Source: Rhizomicrobium sp.
GTDB lineage: Bacteria > Pseudomonadota > Alphaproteobacteria > Micropepsales > Micropepsaceae
Direction: 5' to 3'
Assembly: GCA_035568995.1 (NCBI GenBank)
Contig: DATMNL010000003.1
Location: 55,828-119,827, forward strand
DNA: 64,000 bases
Every line of letters starts with the position of its first letter. Position 1 is the stretch's first letter. The notes beneath the pieces were generated by a model. The model was given only the letters and a program-made list of their open reading frames with translations. It was not told the origin of the DNA and made no database searches. The position numbers and the translations under genes are program-made. This document shows positions 40,991 through 50,801 of the stretch, piece after piece.

Positions 40991-41224
40991 ATGGACGACG
41001 ATGTGCTGGATCTGACCGGGCTGAAATGTCCGCTGCCCGCCCTGATGGCCCGCCGGACGCTTGCCCGCCTGGCGCCGGGCACGTGTATCACGATCCTCAC
41101 CAGCGATCCCCTGGCAGTGGTGGATATTCCCCATATGTGCGGCGAGGAAGGTCACACAGTTGAAAGCGTGACAAGGGAGGAAAGCCGCAGCGTTTTTCGA
41201 ATCCGGCGAAAGCGTGGAGCCTAA
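40991..41224 (+). CDS. TusA/SirA sulfurtransferase
   Basis: LDLTGLKCPLP, DPLAVVDIP. Confidence 0.88.
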   Translation: MDDDVLDLTGLKCPLPALMARRTLARLAPGTCITILTSDPLAVVDIPHMCGEEGHTVESVTREESRSVFRIRRKRGA

Positions 41225-41763
41225 ACCGGCGGCGCTGCGGGCGGCGTCACATGCTGGATCACGGCATGGGCATCCAGGGCGCGTGGCTCCTTGGCCGCCT
41301 GATCGTCATTCAAGACCACGATCTCGCCATAAGCCTGATAGCGCGTGGTGGTCATGATATCCACGTCGGGACCAAAGGCGCCAAAGCCACCGTAGCCGGC
41401 ATAGCCCCAGCGAGGACGAAAACGCCAGCCACGGCCCCAGAAGGGATCGGGCGGCCCATATTCCGGAAAAGCGGTGACGTTGGTCTGGGCATTGGTGTCG
41501 CGGGTATCAAACAGGAAATGGCTGTAACCGGCCGCCAACGTCACCTCGGCTGCTCGTAACAGAAGGTCATCCTCCACCTGTTCCCGCGGGGTTACCGAAT
41601 TTCCCGTGAACGTCACGCGCCAGCGGTTGGGGGCGAGCTGCCGGTCGGTATAGCCGGTCTGCTGGCCGGGCCCGCGAGGCGCATAGGGGGCGGGGGTCGC
41701 ACAGCCCGTCAGCACAGCCAAAAGGACCAAGATGGAGGCTTTCCAGAGGGTTGGTTGGGTCAT
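41221..41763 (-). CDS. Lipoprotein (CC0125/CC1285-like)
   Basis: Lipobox LTGC; GYTDRQL..NRWRVTF.GNS.T, LLRAAE.T; aromatic/Gly-rich loop. Confidence 0.65.
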   Translation of the reverse strand: MTQPTLWKASILVLLAVLTGCATPAPYAPRGPGQQTGYTDRQLAPNRWRVTFTGNSVTPREQVEDDLLLRAAEVTLAAGYSHFLFDTRDTNAQTNVTAFPEYGPPDPFWGRGWRFRPRWGYAGYGGFGAFGPDVDIMTTTRYQAYGEIVVLNDDQAAKEPRALDAHAVIQHVTPPAAPPV

Positions 41764-42013
41764 GGCATGTCTCCGGGCGACACTCTTATAGGTAGGTAAC
41801 CACCGAGAGGAGGGCAAGTTTCCGTTTATTCTCATTCTGTTCAGGCTGGCTTTTTTTGTTTCCAATCAAGCCCCCTTGCCAATAAAGGCCGGGCATAAGA
41901 AGGTCTACTGGTGCGCCGCAACACAGCCTGCCTGCGGACCATGATAAGCGCCGGATTGCGTCGTCCCGGGGTGGGACGGCGTTAAGAGAAGCCAAGGGGA
42001 CCTCACCTTCGCC

Positions 42014-43450
42014 ATGTTGGGTTACACCCTGTCTTTCGCTCTCGCCCTGATTCTCATCGCCGTCAGCATGCTGTCGGTGCAGCTCGCGACGCTGGCATGG
42101 GTGCGTGTGACGCGGCCCGCACCCAAGGTGCCGATGGCCGAACTGCCCGACTCCGATCTACCGCATGTGCTGGTGCAATTGCCGGTCTGCAATGAAGGCT
42201 ATCTTGCGCTGCGCGTCGCCGCCGCTGCCTGCGCGCTGGACTGGCCGCAGGGCCGCCTTGCCATTCAATTGCTGGATGATGGCGATGAACAGACCCATGC
42301 GGCGCTTGCCGTCGAAGTTACGGGCATAGCGCCCGCCGGCGTCAATCTGCAAATCCTGCGGCGCGGCACCCGCGATGGTTTCAAGGCCGGCAATCTGGCC
42401 TTCGGCCTGTCGCATTGCGATGCGCCCTATGTCGCCATCTTCGACGCCGATTTCGTGCCGTCGCCGGATTTCCTGCGCCGCACCGTGCCTGCGCTGGTCG
42501 CCGACAAGGACCTGGCCTTTGTCCAGGCGCGCTGGGGTCATAACAATCGCAACCTCAACTGGCTGACCCGAGTGCAGGGACTTTTGCTGGATTCCCATTT
42601 CGCGGTGGAGCAAGAAGCGCGCTTCCGCGCCGGCCTGCCCATGTCGTTTAACGGCACCGCCGGCGTGTGGAATCGCGTCGCCATCGAGCAGGCGGGCGGT
42701 TGGACCGGCGACACCCTGACCGAAGATCTGGACCTGTCCATGCGCTGCGTGCTGCAGGGCTGGCGCAGCGCCATGCTGCCGGATGTCGAGGTGGCGGGCG
42801 AATTGCCGCCGACAGCCGCGGCTTGGCGGGCGCAACAGGCGCGCTGGACCAAGGGCCATGCCCAATGCGCCCGCAAGCTGCTGCCGATGGTGTGGAACAG
42901 CGCCCTGCCGTTCTGGAAAAAGACGGCGATGACGCTGCAGATGTGCCAGTTCGCCTTTTATACCCTGGCTTTCATGAGCGCGGCGATCTCGCTGTTCATG
43001 ATGTCGGTGGGCCTGCCGCCCTATCCGGCCGTAGCGATCCTGGGCCTGATCGTGACCTTTCTGGGCCTGTCCTGTTCGGTCGGCTATCTGTGGCTGGGGC
43101 AGCGCATGTTGGGCCGCGAGCAGGAAAGCAAACTTTATCGCGCACTGCTGCTGGCGGTGGTGTTTCCGTCCGGGCTTATCCTGGCCAACACCCGCGCCAC
43201 ACTGGAAGCCTTTTTCAGCACCCGCATGGATTTCAACCGCACCTTCCGCGCAGGCGAGATCGTTACCGGGGGCTGGCGCGGCGCCCCCGAGCTGTTCGTC
43301 GGCGTTTTTGTCGCCGCCGTCGCTTTGGCGGAGTCGGCGAACTGGAGCGCGCTGTTCTTCCTGTTCGCCGTATCGGGTCTGGTCTCCATCGGCGCCATGG
43401 GCGCGGCCTCGGGCGCGCCGCTGCGGCAGCGGATTACGCCAGGCGAATAG
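42014..43450 (+). CDS. GT2 processive glycosyltransferase (cellulose synthase-like, CslA type)
   Basis: QLPVCNE, KAGNL, FDADF, QARW.H.N, FNGTAGVW, TEDLDLS, QQARW; several TMs. Confidence 0.88.
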   Translation: MLGYTLSFALALILIAVSMLSVQLATLAWVRVTRPAPKVPMAELPDSDLPHVLVQLPVCNEGYLALRVAAAACALDWPQGRLAIQLLDDGDEQTHAALAVEVTGIAPAGVNLQILRRGTRDGFKAGNLAFGLSHCDAPYVAIFDADFVPSPDFLRRTVPALVADKDLAFVQARWGHNNRNLNWLTRVQGLLLDSHFAVEQEARFRAGLPMSFNGTAGVWNRVAIEQAGGWTGDTLTEDLDLSMRCVLQGWRSAMLPDVEVAGELPPTAAAWRAQQARWTKGHAQCARKLLPMVWNSALPFWKKTAMTLQMCQFAFYTLAFMSAAISLFMMSVGLPPYPAVAILGLIVTFLGLSCSVGYLWLGQRMLGREQESKLYRALLLAVVFPSGLILANTRATLEAFFSTRMDFNRTFRAGEIVTGGWRGAPELFVGVFVAAVALAESANWSALFFLFAVSGLVSIGAMGAASGAPLRQRITPGE

Positions 43451-43470
43451 CAACGCGAGCACAGGCCCCG

Positions 43471-43545
43471 CTCCCCCTTCGGCGCAAAGCGCCTGGAAGG
43501 GGGAGATGCCGTAGCTGGCTCTCGAGTCAGCGGAGGCAGAGGGGG
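43471..43545. repeat. REP-like element
   Basis: CTCCCCCTTC...GAAGGGGGAG hairpin followed by ATGCC...GGCAGAGGGGG. Confidence 0.55.
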
Positions 43546-43635
43546 TTAATCGATAAAATTCTAAGCAAATGCCTAACCCCGTTTTGGCACGGGCAAGCTT
43601 AGCTTAGCCCCGGGTTTTCCGGGCCGGGTTTGGGC

Positions 43636-44196
43636 ATGCAAAAGAGAATATGGGCCGCGGCTGTTATTGCCGCCCCGCTTTTGGCCGGCTGCGTCAACAT
43701 GGAGGGTAACGAGCCCTCTGACGCATTGTCCCGCGAGCCGGGCCGCAATGTGGTGGAAGAAAGCAGCCAGATACCGCTGCAATGCGTGCCTTTTGCCCGC
43801 GCGCATTCGGACGTGAAAATTTATGGCGATGCCTGGACCTGGTGGGATCAGGCGGCGGGCAAATTCCAGCGCGGCGCCGCGCCTGAAAGCGGTGCGGTCA
43901 TGGTGCTGTCGGGGTACGCCGGACCCGAACGCGGCCATCTTGCGGTGGTGCAGAAAATCATTTCGCCGCGCGAAATCAGGGTCGATCACGCCAATTGGCT
44001 GGACGATGGCTCAATCTATCTCAACGATCCGGTGGCCGATGTCAGCGCAGACAATGACTGGAGCGAGGTGAGAGTCTGGAACATCAAGACCGGCGCCTGG
44101 GGCGGCAATGTCTATCCCGTTCAGGGCTTCATCCTGCCGAATCAACCCCTCGGACAGGGCATCGCTCAGGCGGGATTTCCCAACGACAACCAATAA
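43636..44196 (+). CDS. CHAP-domain lipoprotein (peptidoglycan amidase family)
   Basis: Lipobox LAGC; QCVPFAR, GDAWTWW, GHLAVV, DHANW. Confidence 0.85.
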   Translation: MQKRIWAAAVIAAPLLAGCVNMEGNEPSDALSREPGRNVVEESSQIPLQCVPFARAHSDVKIYGDAWTWWDQAAGKFQRGAAPESGAVMVLSGYAGPERGHLAVVQKIISPREIRVDHANWLDDGSIYLNDPVADVSADNDWSEVRVWNIKTGAWGGNVYPVQGFILPNQPLGQGIAQAGFPNDNQ

Positions 44197-44400
44197 TTTC
44201 AAAGACTTAAATAGGCCCTGCGCCATTCTGCCTCGCCCACTTGTGCGCAGGCCGGGGAGGGATATCGTCCCGGCCTTCGCAGCCCTTCCGCGAAAGGCTA
44301 ACAGGACGCGCAGCCGCGTTTGTCTCATGCAAAGCCCCACCACAAGGTGAGCACCTTACAACCTCTGCCCGGACTTCAGCCCGATCCGCTCGCGGGTTCG

Positions 44401-46329
44401 ATGGTCGATTCGCCCGCGCCGCAGTCTACCGCGCCCGGCGACCTGCCCAAGGGTCACTTGGCCGCCAATGACCGGCGCAACATGCCGGGGCTGATGCTGG
44501 GCGCGATGGGCGTGGTGTTCGGCGATATCGGCACCAGCCCGCTTTATGCGCTGCGCCAGACTGTACTTTCCACCGAAGGCGGCCTTGCCAATCATGTCGC
44601 GGTGATGGGTTCGCTCTCCATGATCTTCTGGGCGCTGATCCTGGTGGTGACGGTCAAATATGTTCTCATCATCATGCGCGCCGACAACAATGGCGAAGGC
44701 GGCACCCTGGCCCTGGCGGCGCTGGCGCATCGCTCGCAGGGCCTGACCCGGCGGATCAAGGCGACCATCGGCATCGGCGCCATTGTCGGGCTGGCTCTGT
44801 TCTTCGGCGACGGCATGCTGACGCCGGCCATCACCGTGCTGTCGGCTGTCGAAGGCATAAGTGTCGAGACGCCGCGTTTCGCACCTCTGGTGGTGCCGCT
44901 GGTGGTTGTGATCCTGATCGGCCTTTTCGCGATGCAAAGCCGGGGCACCCACAAGCTCGGCCGGTTGTTCGGGCCGGTCATGCTGTTGTGGTTCCTGGCG
45001 CTGGCCGGATTCGGCTTGGCATCCCTGATCAGAACGCCCGCCATCCTAGCGGCGGTCAATCCGCTTTATGCCCTGCAGATGTTCCTGAATGCGCCCTGGG
45101 TTGCCTTTGTGTCGCTGGGCGCGGTGGTGCTGGCGGTGACCGGCTGCGAGGCGCTCTATGCCGATATGGGCCATTTCGGAAAACGCCCCATCCAGTATGC
45201 CTGGCTTTTTGTCGCCCTGCCGGCGCTGATGCTGAATTACTTCGGTCAGGGCGCGGCCTTGCTGCGCAATCCATCCCAGGCGGCAATCGCCTTCTTCTCG
45301 GTGATCCCGCATTGGGCGCATCTGTCCATGGTGTTTCTCGCCACCCTCGCCGCCATCATCGCCAGCCAGGCGGTGATCACCGGCGTCTTTTCGATGACCC
45401 AGCAGGCGGTGCAGCTGGGCCAGCTGCCGCGCATGGAAATACGCCATACCTCGGCCACCGATTACGGCCAGATCTATGTGCCGCGCATGAACGCTTTGCT
45501 GGCGGTGGGTGTGGTGCTGATCGTATTGATCTTCAAAAGCTCCGGCGCGCTGGCCGCGGCCTACGGCATTGCGGTCACCGGCGTCATGGTGATCGACACC
45601 TTCAACGCATCCGTGGTGGCGGGCAAGCAATGGCGCTGGAATGCCGCGCTGGTGATTCTGTTGTTCGGGGCCATGGGCGCCAGCGATCTTCTGTTCTTCA
45701 TCGCCAATTCACTCAAGATTCCCGAAGGCGGCTGGCTGCCGCTGCTGATCGCCTTCGCGGTTTTTGTCGGCATGGATACCTGGCGGCGCGGCCGGCGGGT
45801 GCATATGGACAAGGTGCGTTCGGAATCGCTGCCACTGAACCTGTTTCTGGAGCGTTGCGACAAAAGCACCCAGCGCGTTGCCGGACTGGGCGTTTTCCTG
45901 TCGTCCCGCACCGATGTGGTGCCAGGCGCGCTGCTGCACAATCTCAAGCACAACAAGGTTCTGCATGAGCGGGTGGTGATCGCCACCGTGGTGGTCGAGG
46001 ACACCCCGCTGGTGCCGGCGCAAAAACGCATCGAGGTCGAAAAGCTGGGCAAGGGATTTTACGCCGTGCGCATCCATCATGGATTTTTCGAGACGCCGGA
46101 TGTGCCCCGGGCCATGGAAGATGCGCGCCGCTTCGGCCTGGCGCTGGATGTCGCCACCGCAACCTTCTTCATTGGCCGCGAGACCCTGGTGCCGGCCGAG
46201 CATTCCGAATTGAGCCGCTGGCGCAACTGGCTCTACCGGACTATAGCGGGCAACGCCCTGTCGCCCGCCCGTTTCTATCACCTGCCGCCAAACCGGGTCG
46301 TCGAACTCGGAACACAAGTCACCATATAA
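44401..46329 (+). CDS. kup: KUP/HAK/KT potassium transporter, copy 1 (start could be as early as 44320)
   Basis: GVVFGDIGTSPLYA, RADNNGEGG, GDGMLTPAI, EALYADMGHFG, YGQIYVP, FFIGRET. Confidence 0.95.
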   Translation: MVDSPAPQSTAPGDLPKGHLAANDRRNMPGLMLGAMGVVFGDIGTSPLYALRQTVLSTEGGLANHVAVMGSLSMIFWALILVVTVKYVLIIMRADNNGEGGTLALAALAHRSQGLTRRIKATIGIGAIVGLALFFGDGMLTPAITVLSAVEGISVETPRFAPLVVPLVVVILIGLFAMQSRGTHKLGRLFGPVMLLWFLALAGFGLASLIRTPAILAAVNPLYALQMFLNAPWVAFVSLGAVVLAVTGCEALYADMGHFGKRPIQYAWLFVALPALMLNYFGQGAALLRNPSQAAIAFFSVIPHWAHLSMVFLATLAAIIASQAVITGVFSMTQQAVQLGQLPRMEIRHTSATDYGQIYVPRMNALLAVGVVLIVLIFKSSGALAAAYGIAVTGVMVIDTFNASVVAGKQWRWNAALVILLFGAMGASDLLFFIANSLKIPEGGWLPLLIAFAVFVGMDTWRRGRRVHMDKVRSESLPLNLFLERCDKSTQRVAGLGVFLSSRTDVVPGALLHNLKHNKVLHERVVIATVVVEDTPLVPAQKRIEVEKLGKGFYAVRIHHGFFETPDVPRAMEDARRFGLALDVATATFFIGRETLVPAEHSELSRWRNWLYRTIAGNALSPARFYHLPPNRVVELGTQVTI

Positions 46330-46383
46330 AAATCAGGGGAAGCCGGGATCATCCGCAATGGACGAACCAGCAATGAGCCGACC

Positions 46384-48297
46384 ATGAGCTTTACCGGCAA
46401 TGCCCATTCTCTTCCGGTCATTCATTCTCCGGGACCTTCCGCGTTAAAGCGGGATCTTTGGCTGACACTGGGGGCGCTGGGCGTGGTGTTCGGCGATATC
46501 GGCACCTCGCCGCTTTACGCCATGGGCCAGAGCGCGCTGGCGGCAGGCGGCGCCACGCCCAGCGCATTCGCGGTCTATGGCGCGCTGTCGCTGATCTTCT
46601 GGGCGCTGATCGTGGTGGTAACGATCAAATATGTCGGCTTCATCATGCGCGCGGATAACAATGGTGAGGGCGGGGTGATGGCGTTGGCGGCGCTGGCGCA
46701 CCGCGCCCCGGTCAGCCGCAGGGTCAAGACCGCCATCGGCATCGCCGCCCTGCTGGGCCTGGCCCTGTTCTATGGCGACGGCATGTTAACGCCCTGCATC
46801 ACCGTGCTGTCTGCGCTGGAAGGAATCAGTGTGGGCAACGGTGAATTCGCGCCCTTTGTCGTGCCCCTGACGCTCATCGTCCTGATCGGCCTGTTCCTGC
46901 TGCAAAGCCGGGGCACAGGGAAGATTGGCAAATTGTTCGGTCCCGTGATGCTGGTGTGGTTCGTGGTGCTCGCGGCGCTGGGCGTCGAGGCGATATTGAA
47001 AGCGCCGCAGATTTTGCGCGCCGCCGATCCGCGCTATGGCGTGATGCTGTTCACAGGTGAGCCCTGGACCGCTTTTGTCGCATTGGGTTCGGTGGTTTTG
47101 GCGGTAACCGGTTGTGAGGCGCTTTATGCCGATATGGGTCATTTCGGTGCCCGCCCCATCCGCTGGGCCTGGCTATATTTTGCCCTGCCCGCCCTGCTGC
47201 TGAATTATTTCGGGCAAGGTGCGCTGCTGCTGTCGCATCCGGAAGACGCAGGATTTCTGTTTTACGCCATGGTGCCGGGCTGGGCGCATTATCCCATGCT
47301 GGCGCTGGCCACGGTCGCCAGCGCGATCGCTAGTCAGGCAGTGATCAGCGGCGTATTTTCCATTACCCGCCAGGCGGTGCAGCTGGGCCAGTTGCCGCGC
47401 ATGGAAATCCGCCATACTTCGGCGACCGAGCAGGGACAAATCTATGTGCCGCGCATCAATGTCCTGCTCTGCGTGGGCGTGGTGCTGATTGTGCTGATCT
47501 TCAAATCTTCCGCCGCGCTCGGCACGGCCTATGGCATCGCGGTAACCGGCGTGATGGTGATTTCCACCGTCCTGGTGGGTGTGGTGGCAATCTATCGCTG
47601 GAAATGGCGCCGAAGCACAGTCTATGCCGTGTTTGGCCTGCTGGGATTGATCGATCTGGCATTCCTTGCCTCCAACAGCCTCAAGATTGTGGAAGGCGGC
47701 TGGCTGCCTTTGGCGGCGGCGGCGGGCGTGTTCGTGGTGATGGACACCTGGCGGGTGGGCCGGCGGCTTCATCTGGACAAGATGCGCGACAATTCGCTGG
47801 CGCTGGACCTGTTTCTTGCCCGCGCCGACAAATATAGCCAGCGCGTCGCGGGCACCGCCGTGTTCATGAGCCCGCGCAGCGACATCGCGCCCAATGCCAT
47901 GCTCCATAGCCTCAAGCATTACAAAGTGCTGCACGAACGCAATGTGCTGGCAACGGTAACAGTGGCGGATACGCCCTTTGTGCCAATAGGCCGGCGGGTC
48001 GCGGTGGAGAAGCTGGGCAAGGGCTTTTTTTCCGTGCGTTTTGTCTACGGCTTTTTTGAAATTCCCGACATTGCGGAAGCCTTTTCCCTGGCGCGGGCAC
48101 ATGGGTTGGCGCTGGAGATGGACAGCGCGACATTCTTCCTGGGCAGAGAAACCCTGGTGCCGGGCGAACATCCCAGCCTGCCGCGCTGGCGGGTGTCGCT
48201 TTACATGTGGCTGGCGTCGAACGCGTTGTCGCCGGCGCGTTACTATCACCTGCCGCCTGGACGGGTGGTCGAACTGGGAACGCAGGTGACGATTTGA
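46384..48297 (+). CDS. kup: KUP/HAK/KT potassium transporter, copy 2
   Basis: Same motifs as copy 1; identical C-terminus VVELGTQVTI. Confidence 0.95.
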   Translation: MSFTGNAHSLPVIHSPGPSALKRDLWLTLGALGVVFGDIGTSPLYAMGQSALAAGGATPSAFAVYGALSLIFWALIVVVTIKYVGFIMRADNNGEGGVMALAALAHRAPVSRRVKTAIGIAALLGLALFYGDGMLTPCITVLSALEGISVGNGEFAPFVVPLTLIVLIGLFLLQSRGTGKIGKLFGPVMLVWFVVLAALGVEAILKAPQILRAADPRYGVMLFTGEPWTAFVALGSVVLAVTGCEALYADMGHFGARPIRWAWLYFALPALLLNYFGQGALLLSHPEDAGFLFYAMVPGWAHYPMLALATVASAIASQAVISGVFSITRQAVQLGQLPRMEIRHTSATEQGQIYVPRINVLLCVGVVLIVLIFKSSAALGTAYGIAVTGVMVISTVLVGVVAIYRWKWRRSTVYAVFGLLGLIDLAFLASNSLKIVEGGWLPLAAAAGVFVVMDTWRVGRRLHLDKMRDNSLALDLFLARADKYSQRVAGTAVFMSPRSDIAPNAMLHSLKHYKVLHERNVLATVTVADTPFVPIGRRVAVEKLGKGFFSVRFVYGFFEIPDIAEAFSLARAHGLALEMDSATFFLGRETLVPGEHPSLPRWRVSLYMWLASNALSPARYYHLPPGRVVELGTQVTI

Positions 48298-48352
48298 TGG
48301 TCGCACGGCCAAACGGCGAACCAGTGCCCACTTCGCCTGGCCGATGCTCCGC

Positions 48353-49531
48353 CTAGTCCAACGCGTAAACCAGCGCCTTTAGATAAGCGCTTTCCGGCAA
48401 CATCGGATGCACCGGATGATCGGGCCCGGCGCCTGCGTTGCGAATAAGGCTGGCCCGGCGGCCACTGCGGCTGATCCCGGCGGCGCATTCGGCGGCGAAG
48501 CGTTCGGCCGGCATGTTGTGGGAACAGGATGCCAGAAGCAGAAATCCGCTGGGGGCGGTGACGGCGGCACCGAGACGGGCGAGCTTACGATAGGCTTTTG
48601 CGCCCGGCTCCAGATCCTTTTTGGATTTCACAAAGGGCGGCGGATCGGCGACAACGATGCCGAATGTTTCCTTCTCGGCCCCCAGACGTTCCATTTCCTC
48701 GAACACGTCTGCTTTGACGGCGCGGATGGAAAGATGGTTCGCCGCGGCGCTTTCTTCCGCTAGGCTCAAAGCCGGCGCCGAACTGTCCAGGCAGACGGTT
48801 TCGCTGGCGCCAGACTTTGCCGCCAGAATGCCGAAGCCGCCGGTATAGGAATAGGCGTCGAGGAGCGACTTGCCCTTCGCAAGACCGGCGATAAACGCAC
48901 GGTTGTCGCGCTGGTCGTAATACCAGCCGGTCTTCTGGCCCTGGCCGAGATCGGCGAAATAGCGCGCGCCGTTCTCCTCGACCGCGATGCGGCCCATCTG
49001 GCCTTTCTCGGCGCGGACATAAAGTTCGAGGCCTTCCAGCCCCCGCGCCGGTGCATCATTGCGCAAAATTATGCTGGCAGGCGCCAGTATATTTTCCAGC
49101 GCCATTTTGAGCGGCGTGAGCAAGGCTTCCATGCCGGCAGTGGTGATCTGGACCACCAGCGTGTCCTTGAAGCGATCAATGACAAGGCCCGGCAACCCAT
49201 CGCCTTCGGCATGGACCAGCCGATAAAAGGGCTTTGCATACAGCGCTTCGCGCAATTGGAGCGCACGGCTCAACCGCGCGGCGAAGAAAGCGGCGTCCAC
49301 AGCCTGCCCGCCGACACGGGACAGAAGCCGGACCGCGATCAGGCTTTTGGCGTTGAAATAACCGGCACCGAAATCCTGACCGTCATCGCCTTTGACATTG
49401 ATCAATGTGCCCGGTGCCAGCGCCTTGGCGGCCGCATCCATCACAATCTCGTTGGAAAATATCCAGGGCGCGCCGGCGCGGGCCTTGCGGCCTTCCTTGG
49501 GCTTGACGGTGACGGTTGGTCGCTTGCTCAT
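48353..49531 (-). CDS. RlmI-family class I SAM-dependent rRNA methyltransferase
   Basis: PWIFSNEI, HAEGDGLPGLVIDRF, GQKTGWYYDQRDNR, LDAYSYTGGF, DPPPF, DHPVHP. Confidence 0.88.
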   Translation of the reverse strand: MSKRPTVTVKPKEGRKARAGAPWIFSNEIVMDAAAKALAPGTLINVKGDDGQDFGAGYFNAKSLIAVRLLSRVGGQAVDAAFFAARLSRALQLREALYAKPFYRLVHAEGDGLPGLVIDRFKDTLVVQITTAGMEALLTPLKMALENILAPASIILRNDAPARGLEGLELYVRAEKGQMGRIAVEENGARYFADLGQGQKTGWYYDQRDNRAFIAGLAKGKSLLDAYSYTGGFGILAAKSGASETVCLDSSAPALSLAEESAAANHLSIRAVKADVFEEMERLGAEKETFGIVVADPPPFVKSKKDLEPGAKAYRKLARLGAAVTAPSGFLLLASCSHNMPAERFAAECAAGISRSGRRASLIRNAGAGPDHPVHPMLPESAYLKALVYALD

Positions 49532-49701
49532 CGGCAGGCGTTAGCATGCCCGGGGCGAAATTGCGCGGATCTATATTAAGTCATTGTATTCAATGAAAAA
49601 TAGCAGGTTTTTCGGCATCTTGAGCGGCGCTGTGTGGTGAGCGTTGCGCTTGTCTTCACCGAGCCGCGCCCCTTAGATGCCCGCCAAACAGGGAGAACAA
49701 C

Positions 49702-49998
49702 ATGGCTATAGACGGCAAGTGGGAGATCACCATCAATTCGCCGATGGGTGCGCAGAAAGCCAAGCTGGAACTCACCTCAAGCGGCAATGCGCTCTCCGGA
49801 ACCCAGCACGCACAAGGCGCCTCGCAGCCGGTGGCCAACGGCAAGGTGGACGGCAACGCTGTGAGCTGGTCGGCCAATATCACTTCGCCCATGCCCATGA
49901 CCCTGGAATTCACCGGCAGCGTAGAGGGCGATGCGATCAAAGGCAGCGTCAAGGCCGGTGCGTTCGGCTCTTTCCCTTTCGCCGGCGCAAGAATCTGA
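49702..49998 (+). CDS. Small beta-rich hypothetical protein
   Basis: 98 aa with GGAGA RBS; G.W.ITI.SPMG, SPMPMTLEF, GAFGSFPF. Confidence 0.75.
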   Translation: MAIDGKWEITINSPMGAQKAKLELTSSGNALSGTQHAQGASQPVANGKVDGNAVSWSANITSPMPMTLEFTGSVEGDAIKGSVKAGAFGSFPFAGARI

Positions 49999-50058
49999 CC
50001 GCGGACTGGCATTTTTCGGAATAGGAAGCATCACCCCGTCCCTTTTGCCTTTCGAGGA

Positions 50059-50151
50059 ATGATAATGCCCATTCATAGGGAAGGCCGGCCCTTTATCGCA
50101 GGAGTGTCGGCGAAAGCCGGAGCGACCAAAATACTAGAGGGCGATACGTAA
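50059..50151 (+). other. 30-codon upstream ORF that begins with a duplicated copy of the psd 5' end
   Basis: GAGG RBS; MIMPIHREGRPFIA...DT*; 50065-50099 matches 50154-50188 at 32/35 nt; stop lies 2 nt before the psd ATG. Confidence 0.55.
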
Positions 50152-50153
50152 CC

Positions 50154-50801
50154 ATGCCTATTCATCGGGAAGGCTGGCCCTTTATCGCCCTCTTCGTGGG
50201 GGTCAATCTGATCGCCGCGCTGATCGCGCCTTTCCTGGGCTGGCTGCTGTTGCCGCTCACCGCCTGGTGTGTCGCCTTCTTCCGCGATCCCGAGCGCATG
50301 ACGCCGGCCGCGCCCGGACTGATCATCTGTCCGGCCGATGGCAGGTTGTTGCCGATATTGGATGCCGTTCCGCCCGAGGAGCTGGGCCTTGGGCCGCTCC
50401 CTCGGCCACGGCTTTCGGTGTTCATGAATGTGTTCAATGTGCATGTGAACCGCAATCCCATCAGCGGCAAGGTGATTGCCCGGTCCTACCGGCCGGGAAA
50501 ATTTCTCAACGCCTCTTTTGACAAGGCGAGCATCGACAATGAACGCATGTCCTTGCGGCTGAGGCCCGAAGGCGAAGAATCCGAAGTCAATGATCTGGTT
50601 GTGGTGCAGATTGCGGGGCTGGTGGCGCGCCGCATCGTTTGCGAAAGCGTGGCGGGGCAAGGTGTGCAACGGGGCGCGCGATTTGGCATTATTCGTTTCG
50701 GCAGCCGGGTGGACGTTTATTTACCTTCCGGCTGCATAATCATGGCGGCGCCTGGCAGCTTTGTGCGTGGCGGCGAAACGGTTCTGGCGAGGTTCGGATG
50801 A
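50154..50801 (+). CDS. psd: Phosphatidylserine decarboxylase
   Basis: FFRDPER, SVFMNVFNVHVNR, QIAGLVARRI, RFGSRVD self-cleavage motif. Confidence 0.94.
   Translation: MPIHREGWPFIALFVGVNLIAALIAPFLGWLLLPLTAWCVAFFRDPERMTPAAPGLIICPADGRLLPILDAVPPEELGLGPLPRPRLSVFMNVFNVHVNRNPISGKVIARSYRPGKFLNASFDKASIDNERMSLRLRPEGEESEVNDLVVVQIAGLVARRIVCESVAGQGVQRGARFGIIRFGSRVDVYLPSGCIIMAAPGSFVRGGETVLARFG

Noticed and set aside
43575-43600. Sigma54 promoter (TGGCAC) and CtrA-like half sites before the CHAP gene
   Set aside because: GG-to-GC spacing is 9 rather than 10 nt; no full TTAA-N7-TTAA
44200-44400. Riboswitch upstream of kup (GCGAAAG…GGACGC…GCC)
   Set aside because: Lacks the GGCAAAC element and stem pairing of c-di-GMP-I; c-di-AMP switches are not expected in this lineage
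49577-49596. Palindrome TCATTG-TATT-CAATGA with a near-IHF word
   Set aside because: Short 6-bp arms, single copy and no identifiable regulator; could be chance
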